A stretch of 64,000 bases of DNA from Octopus sinensis. Taxonomy: Eukaryota. The notes beneath the pieces are model-generated. The model was not told where the DNA came from. It ran no database searches and saw only the letters and a program-made list of their open reading frames with translations. Shown piece by piece: positions 1-13,825 of the stretch. The translations under genes and the position numbers were made by a program. The number at the start of each line of letters is the position of its first letter. Positions within the stretch are counted from its first letter, which is position 1. The stretch spans positions 24,614,001-24,678,000 of the forward strand of contig NC_043002.1 of assembly GCF_006345805.1 (NCBI RefSeq). The letters are read 5' to 3'.

Positions 1-137
1 ATGCTGGATGTTCTATAACCAAGTGAAGGGCAGATTTACAATCCTGGGGCCATCCTGATTCCAAAAATGTATAATATGTCTATGTAGAGTAAATGTAGAC
101 TGAGATACAGGGGTTCCAGATGGACAGACAGACTTTT

Positions 138-801
138 CATCATCATTTAACGTCCACTTTCCATGCTAGTATGGGTTGGACAATTTGACTGAGGTCTGGC
201 GAACCAGACTCCAATCTGATCTGGCAGAGTTTCTACAGCTGGATGCCCTTCCTAACGCCAACCACTCCAAGAGTGTAGTGGGTGGAACTGGCAACGGCTA
301 TGCCGAAATGGTGCTTTTTATGTGCTACCTGCACAGGAGCCAGTCCAGCGGCACTGGCGACGACCTCACTTGAATATTTCACATGCCACCAGCACAAGTG
401 CTAGTAAGGCGATGCTGTAATGATCACGCTCGAATGGTGTGCTTAATGTGCCATCGGCACGAAGGCCAGCTTGTTGCTCTGGCAATGATCTCTCTTGCAT
501 GGTACTCTTAGCGCCCCACTAGCAATGGATGCCAGTCACTGAGTTTGATTTTGACTTCGATTTCACTTGCCTCAACTGGTCTTCGCAAGCAGAGTTTAGT
601 GTCCAATGAAGAAAAGGCACACATTAGTGAACTGGTTGCAACCCTAGCATAGGCCACAAGGTTATGGTCACACTTGCACTTGCCGAGTCTTCGGCAGCAC
701 AGCATATTTCCAGAGGTCCCAGTCACTAGTCATTGCCTCGGTGAGGCCCAATGTTTGAAGGTCATGCTTCACCACCTCATCCCAGGTCTTCCTGGGTCTG
801 C
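138..801 (-). mobile_element. RTE-clade LINE 3' fragment (ORF C-terminus, 3'UTR and (GAT)n tail)
   Basis: Minus strand reads RPRKTWDEVVKHDLQTLGLTEAMTSDWDLWKYAVL, then the UTR motif GGTTGGCGTTAGGAAGGGCATCCAGCTGTAGAAAC and the tail GGACGTTAAATGATGATG. This ties the most frequent dispersed repeat in the window to RTE. Confidence 0.85.
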
Positions 802-1251
802 TTTTATTAATATAGATATACATATTCTGATAGTAATAGTATTATCATTATCTGCTAAGTCACCATTAGTTTAAAAATAAAGTTTTTTTTTGTTTGAGCC
901 CTGTCTGGTATCTTGCATGTATCTAGAAATAATACAATTGATAAAGATCCAAGATTGAAATATAGTATAGTAAATATATACATGAGGTAAATAATGGAGA
1001 AAATTGTAATCTTAACTATATTAATTGTTGTTACTGTTGTTGCTGTTTAGCCTTAGGTCAGACCTGATCAAACAGATTTGTAATCAAATAAGGAATTGTA
1101 GCTGTTGCTATGCAATCCTTTTTTTGCATCATTGTCTATATTATCTAAATTTTACGTCTTCAAATCATACCCCAGTATGATTTGAAGGTGATTTAACTGC
1201 TTTTACCACATCACTTACTGTCTAGAGGCAATTTTTTTGTTGGTTATTTAA

Positions 1252-1472
1252 CCCTTTAGTGTTCACATTATTCTACCCAAATTAATCCTTTTTCATCCAA
1301 ATTGTTTTGAACTAATCATGCATTATCTTGTAGCTTTGAGATTTTGATGAGGTAGCTGTTAATTTTTAAAACGATATTGTAGGGTTGATGTGAGAGACCA
1401 GATCTGGCCATTTTGAACATAAAACAGGCAAAATACTTTTGGCCGGATATGGCCGGTTTAAATGCTAAAGGG
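1252..1472. mobile_element. piggyBac-like MITE
   Basis: TTAA|CCCTTTAG...CTAAAGGG|TTAA; related copies at 14555 and 25672. Confidence 0.8.
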
Positions 1473-2224
1473 TTAAAATGGTAGTATGTGTAATTTGAGG
1501 GAGATTTAGCTACTATTTCTCGAAGGTGATGGGGGATGGTATTGTGAGATTTGGTGCAGTTTGTGGGATGGTTTCAAAAGAGTATCGGCTCTCAAAAACT
1601 AAATTGCATCAACTATTCTTTGACATAATTTATTTCATTGTGTGTGTGTGTGTGTGTGTTTGTGTGTGTGTGTGAGTGAGTGTGTACACTGACAGTTTTA
1701 TCTCATTATCATCATCATCATCGTGTTGTTGTTAGCTTCCCATCAAAGTGCAAGGACTTGAAATTCCTTTCTCTATTCCCTGCCAGTGTCTGGTCCCATA
1801 TGTTGAGAAGTCAGGCTGTTCCTGTGGGTTGGTGGGGCTCAACTCATAGGGAATGTATATCTTACTGTCTAAGTATGTCTGTACTTTTGAAATGTTGCAG
1901 TAGAAAGTGACTTGGAGTGTCTGTGTGGGCCTTACCAAGAGTAAAAGTTCTGAAGTATTTTCATGTTTATCTATTAAATAGAAGGAGAGCAATTTGTTGT
2001 ATCATCATCATCATCATCATCATCATCATTATTGCTAACAATATTTTGGAATTTCTTTTTTTTTTTGCTCACATGCCTTGAGCAGGTCTATTGTTGCACC
2101 ACCCTATATTTTGTCATCTCAAGCAGCCATAGATCTTCTCCTTCCCCTCTATCAAACTTAAACTGTTCAACATCTGGCATAAAGTCACCTCCCCACCTTA
2201 CTAGACCCCTACTCAGTTGAAAGG

Positions 2225-2695
2225 GCTTTTTCTTTGTTTGGAAGTTATTTGGTGGCCCCCACTTTTACAGTGACATGCAAAAAAGTACTTGGTGCACACT
2301 GCAAAGTGGTTGGTGTTAAAAAGAGCATCCAACTGTAGAAACCAAACTAAAGGGGCATTGGAGCTGAAAACAATCCTGTGATTCATTGGACCTTATCAAA
2401 TCATCCACCCCCATGCTTGCACGGAAGATGGATGGATGATGATGATGATGATGATATATATATACATACATATATTAATTTAAATTTAGCGCTGCCTTGA
2501 CTGGCTTCCGTGCCGGTGGCACATAAAAAGCACCAACCGATCGTGGCTTGGCTTTAGGAAGGGCATCCAGCTGTAGAAACACTGCCAGATCAGACTGGGC
2601 CTGGTGCAGCCTCCTGGCTTCCCAGACCCCAGTCGAACCATCCATCCCATGCTAGCATGGGAAGCAGACATTAAACGATAATGATGATGATGAAA
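2225..2695 (+). mobile_element. Two RTE 3'UTR/tail copies (about 2225-2455 degenerate, 2486-2695 young)
   Basis: GGAAGGGCATCCAGCTGTAGAAAC motif and (GAT)n tails. Confidence 0.75.
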
Positions 2696-3451
2696 GCAGA
2701 GAAAGAATACTCAATACATATTGTAAAGATTAATACATATAATCCTCCTTTATCTACTCTGAGTTTCCTGTTTACATTTTTTTTTACAGTAACGAAAAAG
2801 CAGAAGCAGAAAGCTCAAAATAGCAATGGAAGGAAGTCTCAGTTTCATTTGTGTGTGTGTGTGTGTGTGTGAGCGAGAGAGAGAGAGAGAGAGTGAGAAT
2901 TGGATATATGTGATGTACTTTGCCAGTAGATAGATCGTTTAATTAACTGATTAATTGTTTCCAAATTTCTAAGAAATATTGGAAACTTACCAAGTTTAGG
3001 ATCTGTGTTGAGTACATGCTGAATCTATTAATGGTATCCATGTCAATCATTACTCCTGTTCACCTAATTTCTCAGTAGTTCATGACTGGATTTGAGTCCA
3101 GCATTCCTTCCAAACTAATGAAATTACTTGTCAGTTATAATACAGTAATCGTTTCTGCTTACAGCAGGAGACATCCTTCCAGTGTTACTAGTTTGTAGGC
3201 TAGGTGGCCTGGGTCATTGAGAGTTATTGCCATGGATGCAGCACAACGCTAGTAATAGGATTTGAAGCTTTGGTCTTGATGTCAGTTGACTGTGACCTTA
3301 CTAAGTCAGTCAGTTATAATATACAGATAGAAAGATGATTAGATAACTCGGTAGAATGACAGATAGACAAAGAAACAGATTATTATATGTATAGACAGAT
3401 ACAGATAAATAAACAGCTAAACATATGAGTGGATAGAAAGACATATAAGTG

Positions 3452-3485
<34 letters not shown>

Positions 3486-3689
3486 AATATACATACTGAC
3501 ATGCATACATACATACAGATAAGTATACACATCTACATCTATATGTGTATACATACATACATGCATACACAAACATTGCACTCATACCTTCCTACCTATC
3601 TACCTACTTACCTACCTGCCCACTTACACACACACACACACATTTTGTATTTGTTATAATGATAACTTTCACATTAACAGCAACACTGA

Positions 3690-4740
3690 TAGGATTTATG
3701 TGAGATGAAATGATGATGGTAAAGCATAAGGCCAGTCCAAACAGCTTTTGAATGTCGCATTATATCACTCAGGCAACACCTGCTGAACGGTAAAGAAAGA
3801 AATTAGTACATTCCATGCATACTCAAACGTGAGATCAACAACATCATCAGAGCTGGAGAAGAACTACTGCGCAGGTGATCTGAGAATACAACTGTCTCAT
3901 ACAACCCAAAGGAGATTGAACTGGCCTACCTAAACAGAAGCTTGCAGGAGAAGCAGGTATCATACCAGCAAAAAGCAATGCATGGGTACACATCCTCTAA
4001 GCTAGAGGTTAACAACAGCTTTGACAGGGAGAGTAGCCTCTCACTGGACCTGTGATGGTTTCATTACATCCCACCTAGAAGGACATGCCTTCACTATCCA
4101 AGAACAGGAGATAGCTGCTAAATACCTGATAAACAAGAGGGACAAAGATACCACCAAACCTCTGCGTTGTGATAGAAAATGTCAGCCTGGAGGAAATCAC
4201 TACATCAGCAACAACAGCTGCCCCAAAATGTATATAAAATACTACCTGCCCCCAGGCATGACAGTTGCAAAGTCTATTTACAATGCTATCAACTGGAACA
4301 ATTGCCCTGATGTATACATCAAAGGTATGTCAAAACCAGCATGTATTCATACCTTTAAAAGTAAGGAATACTGGTAGAACACTCCAATAAAAACATCAAT
4401 TTGGTGCAAACATAACAGATCTGATATTGTTCTGTGGGACAGGGAACAAAAGTCAGGTACTGTTATAGAGTTCAGCTGTCCAGTGGATGTATGAGTAGCA
4501 TCAAAAGTCTAAGTAAAAGAGAACATTTATAGCGAATTAATAAGGAACCTACAGCTCTTGTATTCTGATTATAAATTCTCATAGGTTCAATGTATAAGGC
4601 TATATACATATAAATTTACACAAAAACATAGAGATACTAAGTTTTTTGAAGAAAGCAAAAGAAACTAACTTAGGTTCTCCAAATCCAATCTATTAGTGGC
4701 ACTGTGTAGATTTGTAAGACATTCCAAAGATTTTCCATCT
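3690..4740 (+). mobile_element. Decayed R4/Dong-like non-LTR retrotransposon (RT C-terminus, zinc knuckle, restriction-like endonuclease)
   Basis: Fragments AFECRIISLRQHLL, ITSHLEGHAFTIQEQEIAAKYLINKRD, CDRKC..SCPKM, KHNRSDIVLWDREQK..VIEFSCP and IQSISGT..ICKTF, interrupted by stops and frameshifts. Confidence 0.75.
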
Positions 4741-4935
4741 GAGATTCTTTAGGTGAACAGATGTGCATACCTATGTGTGCATTGACAGCTCAACCAACAC
4801 AGCAACTCAGCCCACATGTTTACAAACACTGGGAACTCTTAACTCCAAAAGTATTGTCGCTTTGTTAGTGACTGGCTTGAACCCTCTTAAGAAGAACTTA
4901 AATAAAGCTCAAAGAAGCACGCACACACATATATA

Positions 4936-5702
4936 TCATCATCATCACCATTTAACGTCCATTGTCCATGCTGGCATGGATTGGATGGTTTAACTAGGGC
5001 TGGTAAGCTGAGGGGCAACAGCCGATTCAATTTGGCATGGTTTCTATGGCTGGATGCCCTTCCTAACACCAACCACTTCGAGAGTGTAATGAGTGCATAT
5101 CACTGGCACGGGTGCCAGTTGTGTGACACCAGTATCTACAATTTCGCTTGGTTTGATGGGTCTTCTACTGAAGCATGGCATATTGGTCATTTGTCATTGC
5201 CTCCGTGAGGCACAATGCTCAAAAAGTGCTTTTATATATAGCATCATCATCATCATCATCATTTAACGTCCGTTTTCCATGCTAGCATGGGTTGGACAGT
5301 CCGACCGGGGTCTGGGAAGCCAGGAGGCTGCACCAGGCTCCAGTCTGATCTGGCAGTGTTTCTACAGCTGGATGCCCTTCCTAACGCCAACCACTCCGTG
5401 AGTGTAGTGAGTGCTTTTTAGGTGCCACTGGCATGGATGCCAGTCAAGGCAGCACTGGCATTGGCCACGTTCGGATCGTGTTTTTATGTGCCACCAGCAC
5501 GTGTATCACAACTACAATTTCCATTTGATTTTTATTTTGATGTTGATGTACTTGACTCAATAGGTCTCTGCAAGCACAGCAGGTCACCCTACGATCCAAG
5601 TTAAGCACAGCAGGCCATCCTGCGAGCCATGAACTCACTATATTTGTCAGGTCTTCACAGTCACAGCATATCTCCAGAGGTCTTGGTCTTTCGTCATTGC
5701 CT
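4936..5702 (-). mobile_element. Two tandem RTE 3' fragments (about 4936-5230 and 5240-5702)
   Basis: (CAT)n tails on the + strand and the RTE UTR motif in reverse complement; the second copy reaches the ORF end. Confidence 0.8.
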
Positions 5703-6100
5703 CTATATCATCTACAATGCTATAATGTAAGAATGATTGTCCTGATGGCCATGTCTAAAGCACACCATAACCAGAGTGTATCCACACCTTTAAAGATATA
5801 GAATACTGCTGGAGTATTCCAAGAGGTTGGCTGCATGATGGATGTGAACATAATGCCAAAAATTGGGGAAAAGTAAAACATCTAGGGAGCACTTATGAAA
5901 AATCTACCCTTCCTTATCTCCTGGTTATAGATTTTCATTTGTACCTGTTATCGTAATTGTGCTGGGCAATGTAACAACAAATCTACATTAAAACCTAGAA
6001 ATGCTGAGATTCACCAAAAGAAAACAGAACAAACTGATTTGCATTCTTCAAATACAATCAATTAGAGGCATAGTAAAAAGTTTGTAAAACATTCTCTGTT
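5703..6100 (+). mobile_element. Second, more diverged 3' remnant of the same R4-like family
   Basis: Aligns by eye to 4270-4740 (tacaatgctat..tgtcctgatg; cacacctttaaa..gaatactg; caaatacaatcaattagaggca..tttgtaaaacattc). Confidence 0.6.
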
Positions 6101-7684
6101 TGATGTTCCAGGTCTGAACACAAGCACGCAATTACATGGAATATGGAATACATGCACTCACATATACATATAGAACACACACACATAAACACTAATGCAT
6201 ATACAGTTGTGTACTAAAATTATATTCATATACACTATATGAGTGCATATTTATCCACACACATTTGTGTGTACACTTATACACATATTGTATGCACATG
6301 CTATTCAATTCAGATATCCGCAGCTCCCCAAAGCTGTCTTGACTCTTGTAAGTCAAAAGATATTTTGGAATTAAAGCCGTTTACTTAGTGATCAACTTTA
6401 ATTCTACTAGCGAAATAAAAAAACTTAAATATATCCCAGAGAAAAATATACATGCATGCATGCATAAATAAATATTTGGTTGGATAGATATATAGAAAGG
6501 AAGATACATCACTCTGTTGTTAGACAGGTAGAAAGATAGAGAGACATAGGAATAAATTCTCAATTTGTAATTTCATATCTGTAAAGTGGTTGGCATTAGG
6601 AAGGACATCCAGCTATAGAAACCAAGTAAAAACAAACTATGGAACCTGGAGCAGCTCCCTGGCCTTGTCAGTTCCTTCCAAGCTGTCTAACCCATGCCAG
6701 CATGGGAAATGGACATTGATTGTTGATGATGATGATGATATCAACAATAATCTTTCATACTGTATGTCATGATTGTAAACATATGGGTAGATGCACACAC
6801 ACGCACACACACACGTCATACTATACGCAAATACTAACGTAGTTGCCAATGAGTACCGAATAAACACTTCATTACATTTCCTTCCACTTAACAAGTACCA
6901 AAATATTCTACTGCTTACTGACACACACAAACACAAAAATAAACACACACACACAAACAAACATACTTTATTATGCAATTATCATCCCCACCCCCACTTG
7001 TTCACATATTAACACAGTTTTATGGTTTTGTAGGTAGGTTAGCAACATACACACATACATATGATGATGATAATCTATATCATATTATATTACATTATAT
7101 TTAACCTAAATTTTCAATTTTGTTACTATTTCATGGTGTGCTACACATTGAGAAGTTCTTGGATAGTTTCAATAAAATAACAGTTTTTCTAAGAGAGGAA
7201 GTCCCTAAGTTCTTGCTCAACCCTTCTCCATTTCTGGAGAAAGGAATGCAGTGAGTATGAATCAACAACCTTTCTAATGGCAAAATGTAGTTGATTCCAA
7301 AAACAAGAGAAACTGACCCCAGTACTTGACTGATACACTATTGATCCCAGGAGGGTAAAAACAAAGTTGACTTTGGTGAGATTTGAAATCAGAGTGCAGA
7401 AAATGAGAGGAAATACCTCAAGGCATTCTATCTGACATACTTATGTCTCTACCAACTCACTACCTTTTATGATTGTGCATAAACCTGCTAGATAGAGAGA
7501 TAGATAGATTGATAGATAGAGAGAGAATGTGTAAATGTGTGTGTGGTGTGAGTCTATATATACATTGCCATAATAAATCTGTTTACGAATCCTATTATGT
7601 GTGTATGTGTATATATATATATATGTGTGTGTGTGTGTATATATATTATATATATATATATCTTGTCAGTAGTAGTTCGTATAT

Positions 7685-7985
7685 CCAAAAAAGAAGCACA
7701 CTCAGAAACATTAAGGCAGTAAAATATATTTTAAGCCAAGGTCGACGTTGCCTTTCATCATTTCGGGGTTGATAGATTAAGTACTGGTTGCGAACTGGAG
7801 TCGATCTAATCGACTGGTCCCCTCCCCAGAAATTTCGGACCTTGTACCTAGAGTAGAAAAGAATATATATTTTAGAGAGTTAGTTGATTGTTATGGCCAG
7901 TCAGGGAGTGACCATTGGTTTTGCTTTATAAGGTGCAAAGCCAATGATCACTATTTAACTGGCCATAACAGTCAACTTCCTAAAA
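7685..7985. mobile_element. Penelope-like end with a ~95-nt hairpin (7882-7977), interrupted by a SINE 3' fragment (about 7738-7866)
   Basis: Shares cagtagttc(g/a)tatatcc..aagaagcacactc..gaaac and the palindromic arm with 62757-62960. The Penelope assignment is inference. Confidence 0.5.
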
Positions 7986-8403
7986 CACACACACACATCA
8001 TGAAAATTGGGACTTTCAGTGCTTCACATTGATCAGCAGAGTTATCTTGGGTGGTAATCTTCAGACTTATTTAACATTGAGAAAATGGAAAACATGTTTA
8101 TAAATAGTGTAGGTGGAAAATTTTGCACATGCACATTACATATACACACATGCACATTACATATACACACATGCACATACACACAACTCTTCTCTGAGTG
8201 GCATATAAACTGAAGAAATTTTTTATTTAACCTTAATTTTTTACTAATGTTGATAATTAAATTTTTTTATCAAACACAAGCCATCACTAGTTTCTTTGAA
8301 TTTTTTCTTTTTGGTGGTGGTGGTTGTGGTGGTGGTGGAGTAGAGTAATGTTATACCTATATGTATTTCGTGTGAGTGTATAATGTCTATTTGTTTTGTT
8401 TGT

Positions 8404-8673
8404 TCCTGGCTCATAAGGGCTGGTTTCCCGGTTTCCTTGGCGTATAGGTTCCCCACCTGGACAGAACACCGGTCCGTCGCAGGTGAGCTGCAAGATGCAG
8501 GAGGAAAGAGTGAGAGAAAGTTGTGGCGAAAGAGTCAGCAGAAGTTCGCCATTATCTTCTGCCGGAGCCACGTGGAGCTTAGGTGTTTCGCTCATAAACA
8601 CTCACATCGCCCGGTCTGAGATTCGAACCCGCGATCCCTCGACTGCGAGTCCGCTGCTCTAACCACTAGGCCA
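8404..8673 (-). mobile_element. Young tRNA-derived SINE with a V-domain-like body
   Basis: A box TGGCCTAGTGG, B box GGTTCGAATC, then cctgcgacggaccgg..gtccagg and gaaaccggga; CpG-rich. Confidence 0.8.
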
Positions 8674-9448
8674 TTCACAATGTCTATTTGTGAATGTGTG
8701 TGGCTATTGAACAGATACGGGGGTGGGGAGTAAACTCGCACATGAATGGATATAAGTTTGTATGCAATGCATCAACATCACTTTTACTGTTTTTTCCATA
8801 AAGTACCAAAAATAAATTTTAAGCATATAAAAGAATGACCTAAAATATCAGGGACCAAAAACAAAAGGATAATTTCTAAACTCACAACAATCAAATCAAA
8901 AAAAAAAAAATAACATAATAAAAAACAGGCAAACATGATCATGAGCAGAATTGTTAAGTTATTTATGCATCGTACAACAAATGGCTGCTGTTTTAATTGT
9001 TTACAAGTTTCTGACTGGCATCAAAAACAGGTCAGTCTTGTAGATGAGCTGGTTTAAATTATTTAACATAGCTGCTGGCTGGCGCTATTGTAGTTTTGCA
9101 GTCAATTTTAGAATAATAATCCCCCTCTCTTTTTATCTCTTTCTTTCCGTCCTCCCTTTCAATGATGATAGAAAAAAAGTTCATTCTTCTAGTATGACTT
9201 TGTTTGCATCTAGAGTGCTTTATTGCAGTTTTAAATCATCATCTGTACTTGATTGGTCCCTTGTTCTATTCATCCCTGAATAATGAAAGGCAAAATTGAC
9301 CTCAGTGGGAATTGAACTCAGAATGCAAAGGACTGCAACTAAATATTACGAGCATTTTGTACGATGCTCTAAAGATTATGTCAAAGATGCCATTCCTCAT
9401 TGACATATGTCATACATGAACCATTAAAAAAGCCAACTAGAAATAATT

Positions 9449-11335
9449 GTGCCATTATTGTGCCATCTCAAGCAAGTGACAAAAAAAGCAGTGCTTGAAT
9501 TTGAACAGTGCATAGCAGCCAATCCTGACAGCAAGGTTTTCTGGAAATATGTGCACTCAAAGCAGAGACCTCACTCTCCAGTGGGCCCTCTTCGCAACCC
9601 TCACACAAACCAGATCACTGACGACCCCAAGGAATGCGCAGAACTCATTGCCGAGTGCTATGCAAACATATTCACTGTTGAAAGTCAAAATGTACCATCT
9701 TCACCATCACTAACAGCAAACTCCATAACAACTATGGAATTTACACCTGCAATGCTGCAACGTCACCTTCAAAATAAGCGCAACTATGCCTCCCCTGGTC
9801 TCGATGGAGTTACATACCTGCTTCTCAAACGTGGCAGGCACTTCCTTTTACACCAGCTTTCTATTTTCTTCCAGTACTGTCTCAACAATGGTGCTACTCC
9901 GGAGCAGTGGAAAACTGCCAGTGTCATTCCTCTGTTCAAAAAGGGCGACCGCACATCACCTGTCAACTATCGCCCAGTCAGTCTCACTAGCTGTATTGCA
10001 AAACTGATGGAATCGTGTGTCAGAGAAACACTCTGGAACTTCTGGAGCTCTCACAGTCTCATCCGACCCTCACAATATGGATTTGTCCCTAACTCCAGCT
10101 GCAGTGACCAGCTTGTCGAGTTCCTTGAGGACATTACTCAGATTACTGACAGTGGCTCATGGGTGGATGTTGTCTACCTTGACTTTGCTAAGGCTTTCAA
10201 CTCTGTGCCACACAAAAGGCTTATGGTGAAAACTCTCTGCAATGGGTGTGGGGGATGACCTTTTTAACTGGTTGAAATCCTTCATCCTCAGCCGAAAGGA
10301 GGTAGTCACAGTTCTAGGACAGCACTCTACACCATATGAGATGTCATCGGGTGTACCACAGGGATCTGTCCTTGGTCCCCTCTTGTTTGTGGCATACATT
10401 AACGACATAGATGCCAATTTAAAGAATGCCACAGTATTGAAATATGCAGACGACATCAAGCTGTACCTTGAAATCAAGAGGACAGATCCTGATGTCTACA
10501 ACTCTTTCCTGCAATCAGACCTAGACACAATGCAGCAATGGATCACAGACTGGCAACTGAAACTGGCTGTGGACAAGTGTACCACCATGCATTTTGGGAG
10601 AAAAAACCCTGCGTTCACATACTCCCTCCACAAACTGATATCAAGAAATCCTCTTGCGAGCGTGACCTAGGCATCACTGTCAGCAGTGATTTGCGTTGGT
10701 CAAAGCATATCTCTAAGATTGTCAGGAAGGCCAAGGGTGTCTTGGCATCACTCAGCAGGTCTTTTGTTAGCCGCTCTCCAGCCATCTATTTTAAAACTGT
10801 ATACAGCTATGGTACGACCACACTTGGAATTCGCATCATCAGTTTGGAACCCCTATCTTGCACAGAACATTGACCTCCTGGAATCTGTCCAGAGACGTGC
10901 AACCAAACGCATACCCTCCATCAGACACCTACCATATTCTGAGCGCCTTGTTTCCCTGGGCATGGATTCAACTGAAGCTCCGGCGTTTGGCGACGGACTT
11001 GGTAAACACCCACAAAGTTATCAACCACCTCACCAACAACAACACTGAACACCTTTTTGATCTCCATGTGTCTAACACACGTGGACATGCCTACAAAGTC
11101 AGAAAACAATACAGCTCCCATGACTTTCGGAAACATTTTTTCACGCTCAGAGTTGCTGAAGCATGGAATAAACTGCCTGCGTCAGTTGTTGACTGCCATG
11201 ACACTGCATCTTTTAAGGCCCTCATGCTTTCCGAAATCCGCCGAAACTACACCTGATTATATATACACTTTAGATGAGTTGTAGTGCACCTGAGCACTGT
11301 ACACAATATTATTATTATTATTATTATTATTATTA
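9449..11335 (+). mobile_element. 5'-truncated CR1-clade LINE: reverse transcriptase and C-terminus, 3'UTR and (ATT)n tail
   Basis: NYRPVSLTS, QYGF, YLDFAKAF, GVPQGSVLGPLLF, YADD, ERDLG, VRPHLEFASSVWNP, LESVQRRATK and TRGH..RKHFF spread over five overlapping frames; tail at about 11308-11335. Confidence 0.95.
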
Positions 11336-13077
11336 CGAAAAAAAGCAAAACAATAGGTCAATGGGTAAGGGAGACAACTTAAAAAATGTTTTGACCTTAT
11401 TTATTTGTACTTACTGAAATGGCAATAAAAAAAATCAGTAATTAAATGTGCATGATTCTTAGCAGCTAAAAGAATCTTAAAGTATATCACCCTACCATCT
11501 TAAAAAAAGAACACATTGGATACATTATGTCTGAGAAAACAGATGGAATGGTCATTATAACAATACCCCTTAGCATAGGTCTGCTAGATAAGGGTTGAAT
11601 TGGCGACTAAACAACAACTCAGTGGTGCACACGCACACACACACACGCACGCATGCATGGACGTACACGTACACACACAGGTGTTAGTGTGTGTATCTAT
11701 ATACATGCATAAATACATTTTTATTAAAATGTTAATTCAAAGATAAGAATTTAAACACCTACCTATATCATTTCCTCTTGTGTGTTGGACGCAAACACAC
11801 AAGTACACATATGTCTGTATATATCTATATGTGTATATATTTGCATACACATGCATAGTATATCAATATAAACACATATATATGTAATATATACAGATAC
11901 ATATACAAGTACATAGATGTATATATATATATATTTATATAAACCCAGATACATGCTGACAACACACAGTTACAAATATCTAACTAGATAAACACACAAA
12001 TTCTTACACACATACCCATATCTACATAAACACACATGCTCTTGTATGTTTATATTATATTTCATACAACTACTTACACATACCCTCATACAATTACATG
12101 CACACACCATAAGAATATTGCAGTTGGGGGAGGTGAAATTAAGTAAAAAAAAATAAAAGTATCATAAAAATAATCAGTGATATCCAACAGGCTGATTTGA
12201 TCCCTTTTTCTCCCACCTCATCAACTGCTGCTACTGGGCTAAGAGTCAGACACACAACCACTTATCCACCCACCCAACAGAGAAGGAGTAGTAGTGAAGG
12301 AGGGACCCAGTCACATGTTTCCAGAAATGTGTTATGTAAATATTATACACTGGATGTGTAACTCTGTGTGTGTTTGTGGTGGGATGGTATATATGTGTAC
12401 ATGTGTATGCATGTATATATGTGTGTTTATGTGTGTGTGTGAGTGAGTGTGTGTGTGTGTGTGTGCATGCATATGTGTGTTTGTGGTAGGATGGTATATA
12501 TGCGTACATGTGTATGCATATATATATATATATATGTGTGTTTGTGTGTGTGTGTCTTCTCTGACACACTAGACACACACACGATTGTTGACTTGGTCAT
12601 GGTGATTGCTGTGATGATAATGATGCCACTGGTGATGATGTTTCTTGTAGCATTGAGAATGTGGGAGTTGATGGTGATGGTAGGGGTAGTTCTTCTGAAG
12701 GGTGGAACTGATGTAAATGAGGCTGAGGCAAGAAAATGCTGAGCTGTGTGTAACTAACTCTGTGTATATATATGTAGAATATGCATTGGTTGTATTATGT
12801 ATCTATATATGTACGCACTCACACATAAAAAATATGTGTGTTTATATACAAATATGTGTGTTTATATACAAATGCATCCAGAAAGTGTCACAAAAGGCTG
12901 CTTGAATGAGTAGAGGCTTTCAAAGGCCTAATCCAAAAACCTCTCTTCTCTGTCTTGCCATTAGAAATAATGCAGTGAACCAATGATGGTCCTGTTGGAA
13001 GCCTATCTCCATAAATGCTACTGTTCACAAATCCAGTTCATGTGTTAATAATATTGGCATAATGACTCTCCTTAGAC

Positions 13078-13126
<49 letters not shown>

Positions 13127-13225
13127 GAATTTACAAAAAGATAAAAGACGAAGACGGGTGTGTAAACAACACACACACACACACACGTAAATATATATGT
13201 ATATATATATGAATATATATGTGTA

Positions 13226-13257
<32 letters not shown>

Positions 13258-13259
13258 AT

Positions 13260-13822
13260 TCGACATGGTTTCTATGACTGGATGCCCTTCCTAATGCCAA
13301 CCACTTTACAGAGTGTGCTGGGTGCTTTTACATGATACCACATGAGTGCCTTTATGTGGCACCAGGACAAGTGCTTTTTATATGGCACTTGAGTACAGCA
13401 AGGTGCCAGGCCTCTCAGTCCTTTGTCATCTTATCTGAAAGGTTCAGCATACTCAAGCTGTCTTTCAGTATTTCATCCCATGTTTTCCAGTGTCTCCCAC
13501 TTCCACGTGTTCTGTCTATTCTAAGAGATTGACACTTCTTTATGGAGCTGTCAGCATCCATCTGCATCACATGACTAAACCAGCACTGTCTTCTCTCTTG
13601 CACACTGCATCTAATTCCTCTTATGCCTAACGTCTTTCCCAATACACTAGCACTCTATCGAACATGTACATTACACATCCAGTGGAGTATATCAGCCTCA
13701 TTCCTTGGCATTCAGGGCTCACATCTCACTACCATGTAGAATCATTGTCTGTATACATGCATCATACAATCTTCCTTTCACTTGGAGAGAGAAACCTTTT
13801 GTAGCCAACAGAGGTAAAAGAT
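13260..13822 (-). mobile_element. RTE LINE 3' fragment
   Basis: LPLLATKGFSLQVKGRLYDAC..., QERRQCWFSHVMQM...KTWDEILK, followed by the RTE UTR motif. Confidence 0.85.
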
Positions 13823-13825
13823 ATA

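Noticed and set aside
8612-8673. tRNA gene on the minus strand
   Set aside because: It has A and B boxes but no acceptor-stem pairing, and continues into a SINE body; it is a SINE head.
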